Shown in pieces: positions 12,669 to 24,231 of a stretch of DNA of 64,000 nucleotides. A program made the translations under genes and the position numbers. A model generated the notes under the pieces. That model was not told the DNA's origin. It worked only from the letters and a program-made list of their open reading frames with translations, and made no database searches. Source of the DNA: Octopus vulgaris (taxonomy: Eukaryota); NCBI GenBank assembly GCA_951406725.2, contig OX597824.1, forward strand, positions 71,734,001 to 71,798,000. The letters run 5' to 3'. Every line of letters starts with the position of its first letter. Position 1 is the first letter of the stretch.

Positions 12669-13035
12669 ATATCGGAGTAATTGCGCTTAGCAGTGCTCAT
12701 GTATAATCACAATTTAGGTTCGTTGAAATACGTTTGTCACATATTTCAACTGCTAAAGGCAAATACACTGCAGTTACCATGGAGAAAAAAATCTCTCTTA
12801 TGGTAAAAAGGTGTGAAAACACCCCTTTCATTCAGTGTCACCCTCTCGCGGGAATTTCAGACATTGATGTTTCGAGTTTATTGACTCTCGTCAATGAGAT
12901 GTACTTAAGAGAGGCAAGCCTGAACAAACTGATAAAGCTTATAGCTTTATATATAATTCAACCAGCACGTTGATTGATTTGCGCTAGTAGATCGCCTGAT
13001 TGAGAAAAATATCGGAGTAATTGCGCTAAGTAGTG
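12669..13035 (-). mobile_element. Retrozyme/Penelope-like 340-bp unit plus partial repeat
   Basis: ATATCGGAGTAATTGCGCT(T/A)AG(C/T)AGTG occurs at 12669 and 13009 (period 340). CpG-rich, contains the hammerhead, and is flanked by TA/CA microsatellites. Confidence 0.55.
12854..12900 (-). ncRNA. Minimal type-I hammerhead ribozyme motif
   Basis: Minus strand reads ATCTCA-TTGACGA-GAGT(CAATAA)ACTC-GAAA-CAT(CA)ATG-TC^-TGAAAT. It has a core, stems I-III and a GUC cleavage triplet, with a C3U variant. Confidence 0.7.
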
Positions 13036-13182
13036 TTTACACACACATACAGACACATGCACTCATACACACACACACACACACACACACAAGCAAAGAG
13101 GAAGTAAAAAAAATAAAGACAGGGAGACTATGATAAAAAGTGGTGAAAGAGAAAGAAAGAAAGGTAACAAAGTTTTCCATAC

Positions 13183-13589
13183 CTAGTTAAGAAACTGTAA
13201 ACTCCGATGTTTTCTCGATGCTTCTCCATGGTCATCAGCAGCATCTCAAAGATGGAATAGAGGCCCTCAGAATTCTTCACAGTTTCAGAAGCGATGATAT
13301 TCTTGTGTTTCCAGGAGATCTTCTTTTTCATGACAAAGTACTTTTGGTTCACAAGAAACTGTTCCCAAGTCGACACCACTGCTAACTGTAATGACTTATT
13401 TGCTTCCAGGTACTGCTTACAGCGCTTTGGAAGAAATGGAAACTCGGAAGACGTCAAGATTGTTTGGATACTGTCAGCAAATACGTTGGCAAGAGCCTTT
13501 GATGTTTCAAGCAGAAGACAGGTCTCAACATCGTCTGATAGTTGCACACGCCACTCAAGCATGTCAAGAAAACCAGGGAAACCAAGTAT
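13183..13589 (-). CDS. ZFYVE26: ZFYVE26 exon 11
   Basis: CCACTAG|ATA..AG|GTATGG, 407 nt, phase 0 to 2. ILGFPGFLDMLEWRVQ...NIGVYSFLT. Confidence 0.87.
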
Positions 13590-14329
13590 CTAGTGGAGGA
13601 GATGGGAAATGAAAACAGTAATGATATAACATGATATGTAAATAGTAATGATATAACATGATATGTAAATAGTAATGATATGTAAAAGATATATCATGTT
13701 TGTCTCTGTGTATACATCATCATCATTAACGCCCGTTGTCCATGCTGGTATGGGTTGGACAGTTTGACTAGGCTGGTACACTGGAAGGCTGCACCAGACT
13801 CCAGTCTGATTTGGCATGGTTTTCTAAAGTTGAATACCCTTCCTAATGTCAACCACTCCGAGAGTGTAATGGGTACTTTTACATACAACCAGCATGGGTG
13901 CCATTTGTGTGACACTGGGGTGCTTATACATGCCACTGGCACGGGTGCCAATTTGTGTGACACAAGTATCTGCCATGACTGCAATTTTGCTCAGCTTGAT
14001 GGGTCTTCTTCTCAAGCACAACATAATGCCAAAGGTCTCAGTCATTGCCTCCGTGAGGCCCAACACTTGAAAGAAATTCATATACATTTTATCATATCTC
14101 CTAAAGATGTTGAGGTTCCACTGACCATGTGTGTTATTTAGAATTTGCTGGTGACTTCCAATAGTTCAATCAGACACTTAACCTTTCAGCATACAAATTG
14201 CTCTGTTAAATGTAAAGCTTATTTATTCATATTGTTTTGAATTAATCATGTTCATTTTTATAGTCTTGAAATTTTGCCAGTAGGTGTTTAACCCTTTAGT
14301 GTCCAGGTTTCTGTGTTATGAAGCATGAG

Positions 14330-14869
14330 GTGTTCAGGATTGCAAAGCAGTGTCTCAGAGAGAATAGAGATGTGGAAGGTGAGAAATGTGTGCGAATGGA
14401 TAATGGTATGCTTGCACTTAGTGACTCAGAGAAGAAAGATGTGTGGAGATGCCAGTCTGAAAGGTTGTTAAACGTGGAGAATGATTAGGAGAAGGAGAGT
14501 CTTTCAAATATTGAACCAATTGAGGGACCAGCCATCAGAGTGAATAGCTGTATAATAGATAAGGCAATTAAGAAAATGAAGACTGAGAAAGCCCCTGGAC
14601 CATCGGGTATCACTGCTGAGATGATTAAAATATCAGGTAGTGTGCGATACAACCAAGTCACTTGCATAGTTAATCAGGTTATTCAGAAAGGTGTCACCTT
14701 ATGACTGGTGTAGCAGTATTATAGTCAGCTGCTACATGGGTAAAGGTGGTGTCTTAGATAGAAACAACTACAGAGGTATCAAACTGCGGGATCAGGTCAT
14801 GAAAATTACAGAGAAAGTTATATCTCAACTAATCGGGGATAGAATTAAACAAGATGAGATGCAGTTTGG

Positions 14870-14870
<1 letters not shown>
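14330..14870 (+). mobile_element. RTE-type LINE ORF2 fragment (decayed)
   Basis: DKAIKKMKTEKAPGPSGITAEMIK and NNYRGIKLRDQVMKITEKV..DEMQFG. Confidence 0.8.
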
Positions 14871-14902
<32 letters not shown>

Positions 14903-15677
14903 ATGCATACATACAGTTATTACCTGCTCATTGAATTAACAAGTAAATGGCTAAGTATTCCTCAGACACATGTATCCTTAACATAATTCTGAGGTAGAAA
15001 CACTGTTGACAGTATGTTATAAGACCATATTTTTGAACTGCAGGTACAATCCATCCAACGGGCTTCTATACCATTTCTGCCCAGCCAATTTCACTTATGA
15101 CACATGGGTTGACCTTAGGCTATAGAAAATGACACCAATATGTCACACAGTGGGATTGAACCTGGTACCTTGTGGTAGTAATCCATACTTCCTAATCATT
15201 TGGTTAGACTGTAGCTCTATGTGTATCTCAGGTGTGACATAAGAGCAGGTGTGACATAAGAGCAGGTGTGACACAGGTGCAGGCATGGTTGTGTGATTGA
15301 GAAGCTTGCTTACCAACCATGTGACCTAGGGTTCAGGGCCACTGTGTGGCACCTTGTGAGCATGTATATTCTACTATAGTTTAGGCTCAAACCTTTGAAT
15401 GGATCTAGTAGACAGGACCATGAAGAATCCCATCATGTATGTATGTGCATGTATGTGTTTGTGTTTACTTTTGTCTTGTCATCATCTGATGGTTCTAAAC
15501 AATCATACAATCAATGGAGAAATATTACCCTACTTAGAAACCAATGAGAGTTGCTGAAAGAAGGGCATCTAGTTGTAGAAAAACTGTCTCAATAAATTGT
15601 GTCTAAGTTATGCAAGCATGGAAAAGTGGATGCTAAAACAATGACACATACATACATACAAACACACACAAATATAT

Positions 15678-15974
15678 ATATATTACAAATAAGAAAATGG
15701 AGAAACATATTAGCTGGTTTATCAGCTTTAGGATATTAGAATGTTGACTTATTTATTTATCAAAACGACAACTATAATAACATACATATATACAGTATAA
15801 AACTCAATGCATATAAAATAAGAATACAAGTAGTTATTAAAAAAACCTTACTGTATGTATGTATGTACATATGTTATTATGGTTGTTGTTTTGATAAATA
15901 AATAAGTCAACATTCTAATATCCAAAAGCTGATAAACCAACTGATGTGCTTCTCCATTTTCTTATTTGTAATAT
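15678..15974. repeat. Inverted-repeat hairpin (about 115-bp arms)
   Basis: TATTACAAATAAGAAAATGGAGAA..GGATATTAGAATGTTGACTTATTTATTTATCAAAAC is mirrored at about 15850-15974. Confidence 0.8.
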
Positions 15975-16144
15975 AAATTAATGGTAAAATATTTCTTTAC
16001 CTTCATCCATTTAATAAAATAAGTAAGCTTATTGCATTGCAATTAAAAACACTTGTGTATTAATAATTTGGGTATTATACCAACAGTATATTGGATAAGT
16101 ATTATCCCTTAGTGGGTTGGGCCACAACCCCTAACTTACTTGGT

Positions 16145-16189
<45 letters not shown>

Positions 16190-16340
16190 CAAGAAGTTTT
16201 GCATTAAAGAAATCAGGGATGATCTCAGGTACATTGGTATTGAAAGGTTTAACTACATTATTACTTGCAAAAAAAAAAAGGAGAAAAAAAAAAGAAAAAT
16301 GGCCAAGAAAGAACAAAGAGTAAAAGAAGATGGCACAAAC

Positions 16341-16817
16341 CTTGCACTCTTTTGATGGCCTAAAATCAAAATTCATGTCCTTATTCGACAAACCAGATGA
16401 GGTGCGTTTCTTGGCATGCATATGTGCTTTGATAGACTCCAGAATCATGCTAGATGTGTCATAGGTCTTGCAGGCACTGCATGCTAGATCAAAGAGTATC
16501 ATAGCTGATAAATTATCAGCACTGAAAAAGGCAGAATAGTTTGGCACCAAACTAGCAATGTTCTGTGGGGTGGGAAGATGAGGATATACAGAGATGGAGA
16601 GCAATTCAGCAGCACATGAGGAAATGGTGGCAGTTGCAACACCAGCAGCAGCAACACTAGCGAGTTGTTTCATTGAGTCTTTTGAGGTAGATGTGAAGTC
16701 TGACAAGGAGAGGTTATGGGCCTGCTTGCAGTAGGCTTGTATTTGGTTCACAGCTTTTAGGAAGGCTTCTAGGAAAGTCACTTCAGCAACTTCTGCAGAG
16801 TCCTCCATTTTGAACAA
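16341..16817 (-). CDS. ZFYVE26: ZFYVE26 exon 10
   Basis: TTTACTAG|TTG..AAG|GTTTGT, 477 nt, phase 0. LFKMEDSAEVAEVTFLE...MILFDLACSACKTYDTSSMILES. Confidence 0.9.
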
Positions 16818-17618
16818 CTAGTAAACAGAAAAATTGCATTAAAAACAATTAAAAATAAATATTCTTTAAAAAAAAAAATCACCATGGCAAAGTTATGAAA
16901 GTTACTGAAATAATCATCATCATCATCATTTAACGTCTGCTTTCCATGCTAGCATGGGTTGGACGATTTTGACTGAGGGCTGGCGAACCAGATGGCTGCA
17001 CCAGGCTCCAATCTTGATCTGGCAGAGTTTCTACAGCTGGATGCCCTTCCTAATGCCAAGTACTCTGAGACTGTAGTGGGTGCTTTTTACATGCCACCGG
17101 TACGGGGGCCAGTCAGGTGGTACTGGTAACGACCTCGCTCGAATCTTTTTACACATGCCACTGGCACAGGTGCCAGTAAGGCGATGCTGGTAAATGAGTA
17201 TGCATGCATGCTTGTGTATACATACATATGTATATGCATACATACACACACACACACAATATCGAGAATTAGTTCTCAACACTGCATTTAGTGGATAAAT
17301 ATATATATATATGTTTTTATGTACATTAATTTCCACAATACTTCAAGCAATCCACTTGAGAATGCTGGTAATCATCTCTATTTTGGTTGCTTTGTTAATT
17401 CAGGAATAAAGCATATACATGTGTGTGTGTGTGTGTGGTGATGAGCTATAACCTCAGACACTGCCACAAGAATACATGGAGCTCTTTATTAATCTAAGCA
17501 ATATGGTTAGCCTGGTGTACTAACAGAGAGATAAAGTATTTTGCCTGGATTGATAATCCCTCACTAATAACTCTGTATATATATGTGTGTGTATTTATAT
17601 ATCTTAACTTCTACTTAC

Positions 17619-17890
17619 TTTGATGACTTGGTGGGCTTCAATGAACTTTCCTTGTTTCAAACATTTCACAAGTAATGCACGGTTGGAAAGAAGCATATCT
17701 TGAATGATGCCTGATGAAAGGCGTCGACTGACAGAAGCCACAGAGGACATGCTGGGTGTACGCGACCGGGAACGAGGTTTCTTTAATACTTTCTTTGATG
17801 AAGGCAATGCAGTAGCAGAGGAGGATTTCATATAGCTAGCACCTTCACTACAGATTCCTGGAGAATCCCACACTTCACCATCTTCTCCAG
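17619..17890 (-). CDS. ZFYVE26: ZFYVE26 exon 9
   Basis: TCTGTAG|CT..AAA|GTAAGT, 272 nt, phase 1 to 0. ...IIQDMLLSNRALLVKCLKQGKFIEAHQVIK. Confidence 0.9.
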
Positions 17891-17917
17891 CTACAGAAAA
17901 AACAAACATATTATTAA

Positions 17918-17959
<42 letters not shown>

Positions 17960-18071
17960 CACTGAAGTTAAATACTACCTAGATTAACTTTACCTTTCAT
18001 CACTCTGGGGTTGTTGTAATCAACTAACCCTCTCTCCTAAAATTTCAGGCCTTGTGCCTATAGTAAAAAGG

Positions 18072-18112
<41 letters not shown>

Positions 18113-18113
<1 letters not shown>

Positions 18114-18328
18114 AGGGGGGGATCTAGCAGAGACATTAGCATGTTGGATGAAATGCTTAGCGGTATTTCGTCCATCGCTACATTCAGAGTTCAAATTCTG
18201 CCAAGGTTGACTTTGCTTTTCATCCTTTCGGGGTGATAAACTGAGTACCAGTGAAACACTGGGGTCGATATAATCAACTAACTCCCCCACCCAATATCAG
18301 GCCTTGTGCTTATAATTGTATAATAGAA

Positions 18329-18330
<2 letters not shown>
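18113..18330 (+). mobile_element. tRNA-derived SINE, opposite orientation
   Basis: Contains GAGTTCAAATTCTGCCAAGGTTGACTTTGCTTTTCATCCTTTCGGGGTGATAAA; flanked by (ATT)n. Confidence 0.75.
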
Positions 18331-18366
<36 letters not shown>

Positions 18367-18370
18367 GTCT

Positions 18371-18605
18371 ACCTATTTCTTTACTACCCACAAGGGGCTA
18401 AACACAGAGGGGACAAACAAGGACAGACAAACGGATTAAGTCGATTACATCGATCCCAGTGCGTAACTAGTACTTAATTTATCGATCCCGAAAGGATAAA
18501 TGGCAAAGTCGACCTCGGCGGAATTTGAACTCAGAACGTAAAGGCAGACGAAATACGGCTACGCATTTCGCCTGGCGTGCTAATGTTTCTGCCAGCTCAT
18601 CGCCT
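18371..18605 (-). mobile_element. tRNA-derived SINE (same family as 38773)
   Basis: Closely similar to 38773-39006. Further degraded copies lie near 10750, 29560, 36410-36840, 48670 and 51450. Confidence 0.85.
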
Positions 18606-18767
18606 TATTATTATTAAGTCTACCACCCAAGAATAATTGATTATAAGAGACAAACAATTATTTATAAAGTCTGCTGAAAATTAAATCCAACCAGTTTCTA
18701 TAAGACACAGTCTTATAATAGAAACAAACCAGTAAGTCCCTAATTTCAATGATAAAAGTCTACTCAC

Positions 18768-20096
18768 AAGTTAGAGAAATCTCTGATAAACTGGACATTT
18801 TGTTGCTTTTCTTTGACATGGCACAATCACTGAAACGTACACTTTCATCACAGATGGAGTCAACGGAAGGATTGTACACATGCAGCAAGACCTTACCGAC
18901 CTCCCGTGGTATTTGGTCATTGCAGACAAGCTGAAACCTCCACTGGGCTTCACTGACAACTTGTGACAGTTTGGAGATGCGACTTTTCAGAGATGACTGG
19001 TTGATGCTCATTGGCAGAATGAGTGGTAGGTTCTCCTCAAGGTCGAGAATATTCAAATTCTCTTCTTTCATCACAGTTGTGTTTGATAATTGGAAATTTG
19101 TTGCATTCAAAGTCTGTAAGCTTTCTTGTAGCAAATCCAGAATATCTCGTACAAGGTATTCGTTGGTCAAAAGACCAATTTGTAATGGCTTACCAAACTG
19201 GGAAGTGACTTTTGTATTAGAATTACGGTTTTCAGTTTTCAAGTCCATACTAAAACGAGAAATTCTTATTTCTGCTTCTTTTACGTGGGATTCTTGGCGC
19301 TGGGGCAATGGCTTTTTAACTTCAACAACTGGCTCTGAAACTTCGGTCTTGCTTTCTTCTATCTTAGGTAATTCTTCAGGTGAGTACTCTACAAATGGGA
19401 CATCATATTCAATACTTTCAGCAGCCCCAAGAGGCAATGATCCAATATCACGACTTGCTTCAGACGTATGTGTTATTTCAGACAAGATAGATTCCTCTTC
19501 AGATTGGATACTGATGTTCATCAGGTTCTCGTTGCTGTCATGTACACTTTGCTTCTCATCACTGTCGTCCGTGTCATCGGTCTCAGTAGTGAAGAAAGTG
19601 TCTTGAAGTTCTTTGTGGCTGACAAACAATAAAGAGAAGACATTTTCCAGAATCTCAACACGATAAGCCAGAGGATAAAGCTGTCGCAGATGGTTTTTGG
19701 CATTCTGAAGTTTTTGCAAGACATTCTTGTTGTAGAGTTGTTGGATATCACCAGCAGTAAAGTCAGAATTCCACACAGGTAGATAGCCTGAAGTTCGTTC
19801 ACCAGCAGCAGAAGAGAGGCGACTGCCACTCTCACTAGCATCGCTCAGTGTACTGTCTTTGCTCCAGCTGTAATTGTGGGAGGAACTCTGGATGTTGTAA
19901 TATGTTGGGTTCATCAGCCTGGAGTGGGCATGCAGGGCTCCATACAAAATGGCATCCTGCACGTTCTTTAAGATGCAGAAACTGCGATAGAGAGCAACAT
20001 CTCGTTCTTGCTCAATTCCGATAGGTTCTTCTTCGGAGTCGGCATCTTGTTCAAGATCTTCAAACCTCACAGTTTTTACTTTCTTTTCATCAGTGG
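18768..20096 (-). CDS. ZFYVE26: ZFYVE26 exon 8 (large exon)
   Basis: TTTCTTCAG|CC..T|GTGAGT, 1329 nt, phase 1 to 1. Contains LYPLAYRVEILENVFSLLF and RISKLSQVVSEAQWRFQLV; lies within ORF 18760..20148. Confidence 0.93.
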
Positions 20097-22669
20097 CTGA
20101 AGAAAGAAAGAAAATTAATGAGAGAAAACAAAAACAAAAGAGAGACAAATGACTGAAAAGAAGGAAGGCTCAAAAGACAAAGAGCGAGAAGAATGAATAG
20201 TACAGACCAAACAGATGGTGAGAAGAGCAGATGAATGGAAGAATAGATGTAGAGATAGATGAGAGGGCAGATATAGAGAAGGGTGGGTGTAAGACATGGA
20301 TGGAAGGATAGCTATGCAGATAATGGATAGAGGGGAAGAAGGAAGACTGGATGGATGGATGGATGGATGGGTGGACGGGTGGGCAAATGGATGGACAGAC
20401 AGTCAGACAGACAGACAGACAGACAGACAGATAGACAGAGACAAACACAGACAAACACACACACACACACAGATTACTCCAGTAAAATAGCTAACGAATG
20501 AATAGTGGCAATGTCAGGCAGAGATAACTATTTAAATTCATTGTAGACATGACAACCTCTCCAGTGCTGGTGCCATGATAAAATGCACCTAGTATACTCT
20601 GTGAAGTAACTGAGATTAAGAAGTGCATCCAACTATAGAGACTATGGCAAAGATGGAACATACAAGTGTGATGTAGTCCTCCAACCCATCCAGGGAAATT
20701 TACTCAGACTATGACAACCCCTTCAACCCAAACCAGCATGTAAAATGATGGTGATCATCATCATCATTTAGCGTCCGCTTTCCATGCTAGCATGGGTTGG
20801 ACAAATGGTGATGATGTACGTACATAGACAGGTGGATATACAGAAATACAGCTACATAGATATGTTGATGTATGGGCAGATAATTACACATAAATAGAGG
20901 TGTAGAGAGAGAGAGAGAGAGAGAGAGATAAAAAAAAGAGTCAGACAGTGAAAGAAAAAATTTTGAAAGCAAAAATATAAAAAAATTAAAAATTACATAA
21001 TTAAATAAAGCAAATGTAAAATGTGAAAATATCTAACATTCTGTATAAAACTTGAAATATTTTCAATGGAAAGGTAAACAAATATACCAGATTTGTATGT
21101 GATGACTAACAGCTTTTAACTGTTTACGCCCATTTGTTCATGTTATCATGGGTGGGGTCAATTTTGTTTGAGCAATTGTTTCTACAACTGGATATCTTAG
21201 CTTCTCTACTCCTCCTGCTAAGTACATGTCTGTTGTTGTTGAGCACCTAGTTGGCCCTGATCAAGCAAAGCTAAGATAGAAAACTTTCTAATAACGATCA
21301 TTCTGACTTGACTACATTGTTTAATGTGTCCTTTCACTTTTTTTAAGACAGCAATATGTGATTTGAGGAAGACTTGATTGCTATTTCAAGCAGGTCATGC
21401 AGCTGTATAGAAATTCTGCCACATGAAGTAGGGGAACAGTGGAATATGTTTTGACAGTCACATAAACTAAAGGCAACAGAATTTATGTTTTACCCAGGCT
21501 TTAATAAGGTTTGAACTCATGATCATGTGGATCAATTGATGTGGGCGGTAGTGATGTAATTTAGTATCAGGTCAGCCCTAACAGTGAAAACAAACCTATG
21601 ATCAAGTGTTATTCCATCCATGAGTAAACCAGCTTTTCGTCAACAATATCATGGGATCAATAAACCTGGCATGATAAAAATGCATCCAATACACTCTGTG
21701 AAGGAAATGAGATTAAGAAGGACATCCATCTATAGGAACTATGTCATCTATAGGAACTATGCAAAGACAAGTGAGTCAAAGTCTTCCAACCCATCCAGGA
21801 GGGCAGTAACTTCAAATGAAAACTGATGAAGACCATGATAATATCACAACCATCATCATTGTCATAATGTCCACTTTTCCATGCTTGCATGGGTCAGAAG
21901 AAGGCAGATTCTCTATGGCCAGATGCCCTTCCTGTTACTAACCCTCACCTGTTTCCAAGAAAATATATTATTTTCTCATGACCAGACAGGTTTTTGTGGA
22001 AGACTGGAAAGGAATGACACCATTTGCATGATGGTGACACTCACATTCAACTATCAAGTGGTGTCTTGGGAGGGAAACAGTAACACACACACACACACAC
22101 AATGGGCTTGAAACAATGGGCTTGTTTCAATGTCATCTACCACATGCATTCACAAGGCTTTGCTTGGCCCAAAGCTATAGTAGAGGACACTTGTCCAAGG
22201 TTTCATGCAGTGGAACTGAACCTCAAACTGTGGGTGAGAAGCAAACTTTTTATCACACAACTACACCTATGCCTATCTACACTTGTGCCAACAATCCATA
22301 TATGAAAGAGTTGAAGTGTACAGTTTTATTGTTTTAAGTTACGTTTAAATGAGAGAAACTTTAAAAATCTATAAAGGAAGAACATTGAATTTATTGAAGC
22401 TTATTGTCAGTTGGAGATGTTCTGCTGTTTTCAGCCAACATAGCTTCCACTATTACAATTCACTATATTTTACTATTGAAATAGCAACCAAATTTCCCTC
22501 AACTCACACAAGAAGGACATATTAGATAATGCTATCCTAAGTGCATTATGCTTTGGAAAATAAAAAGATGAAATGTCTTCAATCACAGGCCCACTTGACC
22601 AGAGATGTCCTGGGGTTTAACAACAACTGGCCAAACGACCATCCAAAAGAAAGCAAGTACAGGTGTTAC

Positions 22670-22857
22670 CTGGAGTTTTGGTGAGGGAAACCTTTTGCAA
22701 CAGGTCTAAAACTTCATGTTCTCTGAGAGAAGCGAGGCGTGTAGCTTGCTGCAGGACATAGAGCATTGAATGGTTGACTAGTCCTTGGAAGATGTTTGTT
22801 GCTTGGCAATGTGGGTTGATGTTGGTTTCTTTGCCATCAGTAACATGGACCAAGGAT
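22670..22857 (-). CDS. ZFYVE26: ZFYVE26 exon 7
   Basis: TTGCAG|A..G|GTAAC, 188 nt, phase 2 to 1. HSMLYVLQQATRLASLREHEVLDLLQKV resembles HSVLYTLHHLTNLPALREEDVLKLLQKV. Confidence 0.92.
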
Positions 22858-22969
22858 CTGCAATAAATGAAGAAAGAAAATAGAAAATAACATGAATACA
22901 ATGACTGTGAGGTTAAAGTTCTGGATGACTGGTCACATGGTTATGAGTCCAAAAGTTACTTTCACTTAG

Positions 22970-23188
22970 CCCTTTTGTTACCAACCCGGCTAAAACCAGC
23001 TCTGGCTCTGTGTACAAATGTCTTGTTTTCATAAGTTTTGAATTAAAATCTTCCACCAAACCTTAGTCACAATTTATGTTCCTAACACCGGCTTAATGAT
23101 AACTAAGTTATTTTACTAAATTCTTTGTTATATTTAAAGTAATTGAAAGAAATACAGAGCATCTAAAAAAAATACAGTAACGAAAGGG
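22970..23188. mobile_element. piggyBac-like MITE inserted in a 39-bp minisatellite
   Basis: CCCTTTTGTTAC...GTAACGAAAGGG|TTAA. The unit TTATGAGTCCAAAAGTTACTTTCACTTAA occurs at 22941, 23201 and 23240. Confidence 0.8.
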
Positions 23189-23864
23189 TTAAGGGAGCTC
23201 CTTATGAGTCCAAAAGTTACTTTCACTTAAGGGAGCTCCTTATGAACCCAAAAGTTACTTTCACTTAATGGCCACTCATCCTGCAAAAAATCACAGCTCA
23301 GAATAAATGAAGAACACATCAAATAATGTAGTCCGGATACTTATAAAGAAATGCAATGATCATAACTAGAATGTATTTAATCTTAGGAATGGCCTGGGGT
23401 TAAAAAACTACACTAATTCAAGCCAATGAGAGAGCCTCTACATGGTGACTGGAATTGCTAAAAACAGTAGCTCAAATTGTCCTCACACTACATTCTACTA
23501 TATTACAAAAAACAAAGGAGACAGTAGAAAATGTATTCAAACAAAAACACTATAGATGGAAAAGGAGTGAAGTAGTATAGTTGGAATGGCTTTGCTGTTT
23601 GTCATGGCCGAGCTGGTATTAAACTATAACTATCTAAATATTTTACCCCTCAGTCAACATCGTAATTTTCTTCTTTAACACTCTATATGTTCTGAAGCCA
23701 TTATCACTTTAACATGGAGTATTCTGGAAGACAACTAAAGCTATGAGAGTTATCTTTTTAGATTGTCTGACAGATTTCACCATTTATACATTCGGCATAC
23801 AACTAATAACATCTTTACTTTAAAATTTTCTGACTTTTTAAAGTAATTGCGTACAATAGCAAAA

Positions 23865-24231
23865 TTGGGTCATCCCATAAATAATGTGAATTTTTAATAC
23901 TTCTTTTTATACTTTCAAAATTAAGATAAACTAAGTTCTTTTTTAATCTAAAATATACTCTCTATTTTCTACAATGCTCTTCCATCTATCTAGTAGATTT
24001 GCAAGACCCTTCTTCCAAAATTCACTTGTCCATGATGAAAAATACTCCTGTTCTGACCTTGTCTACAGAATTCATATTTTTTCTGTCCAAATGATTTTGA
24101 AGGCTGTGGAATAAATAATAATCAGATGGGGCAATATCTGGCGAATATGGTGGGTGTGGCATTGTTTCCCATTCAAACTGCTCCAGCCTTTGGAATGTCA
24201 TCCTCGCTATATGTGGTCAAGCATTATCCTG
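23865..24231 (-). mobile_element. Mariner 3' fragment
   Basis: HPPYSPDIAPSDYYLFHSLQNHL on the minus strand and one TIR-like end TTGGGTCATCCCATAAATAATG; abuts the RTE fragment. Confidence 0.8.

Noticed and set aside
18971-19606. 211-aa plus-strand ORF
   Set aside because: Antisense shadow of exon 8 with no recognisable motif. The same applies to 13294..13593 and 54438..54752.
22941-23268. CRISPR-like spaced repeats
   Set aside because: A eukaryotic minisatellite interrupted by a MITE; there are no unique spacers or cas genes.
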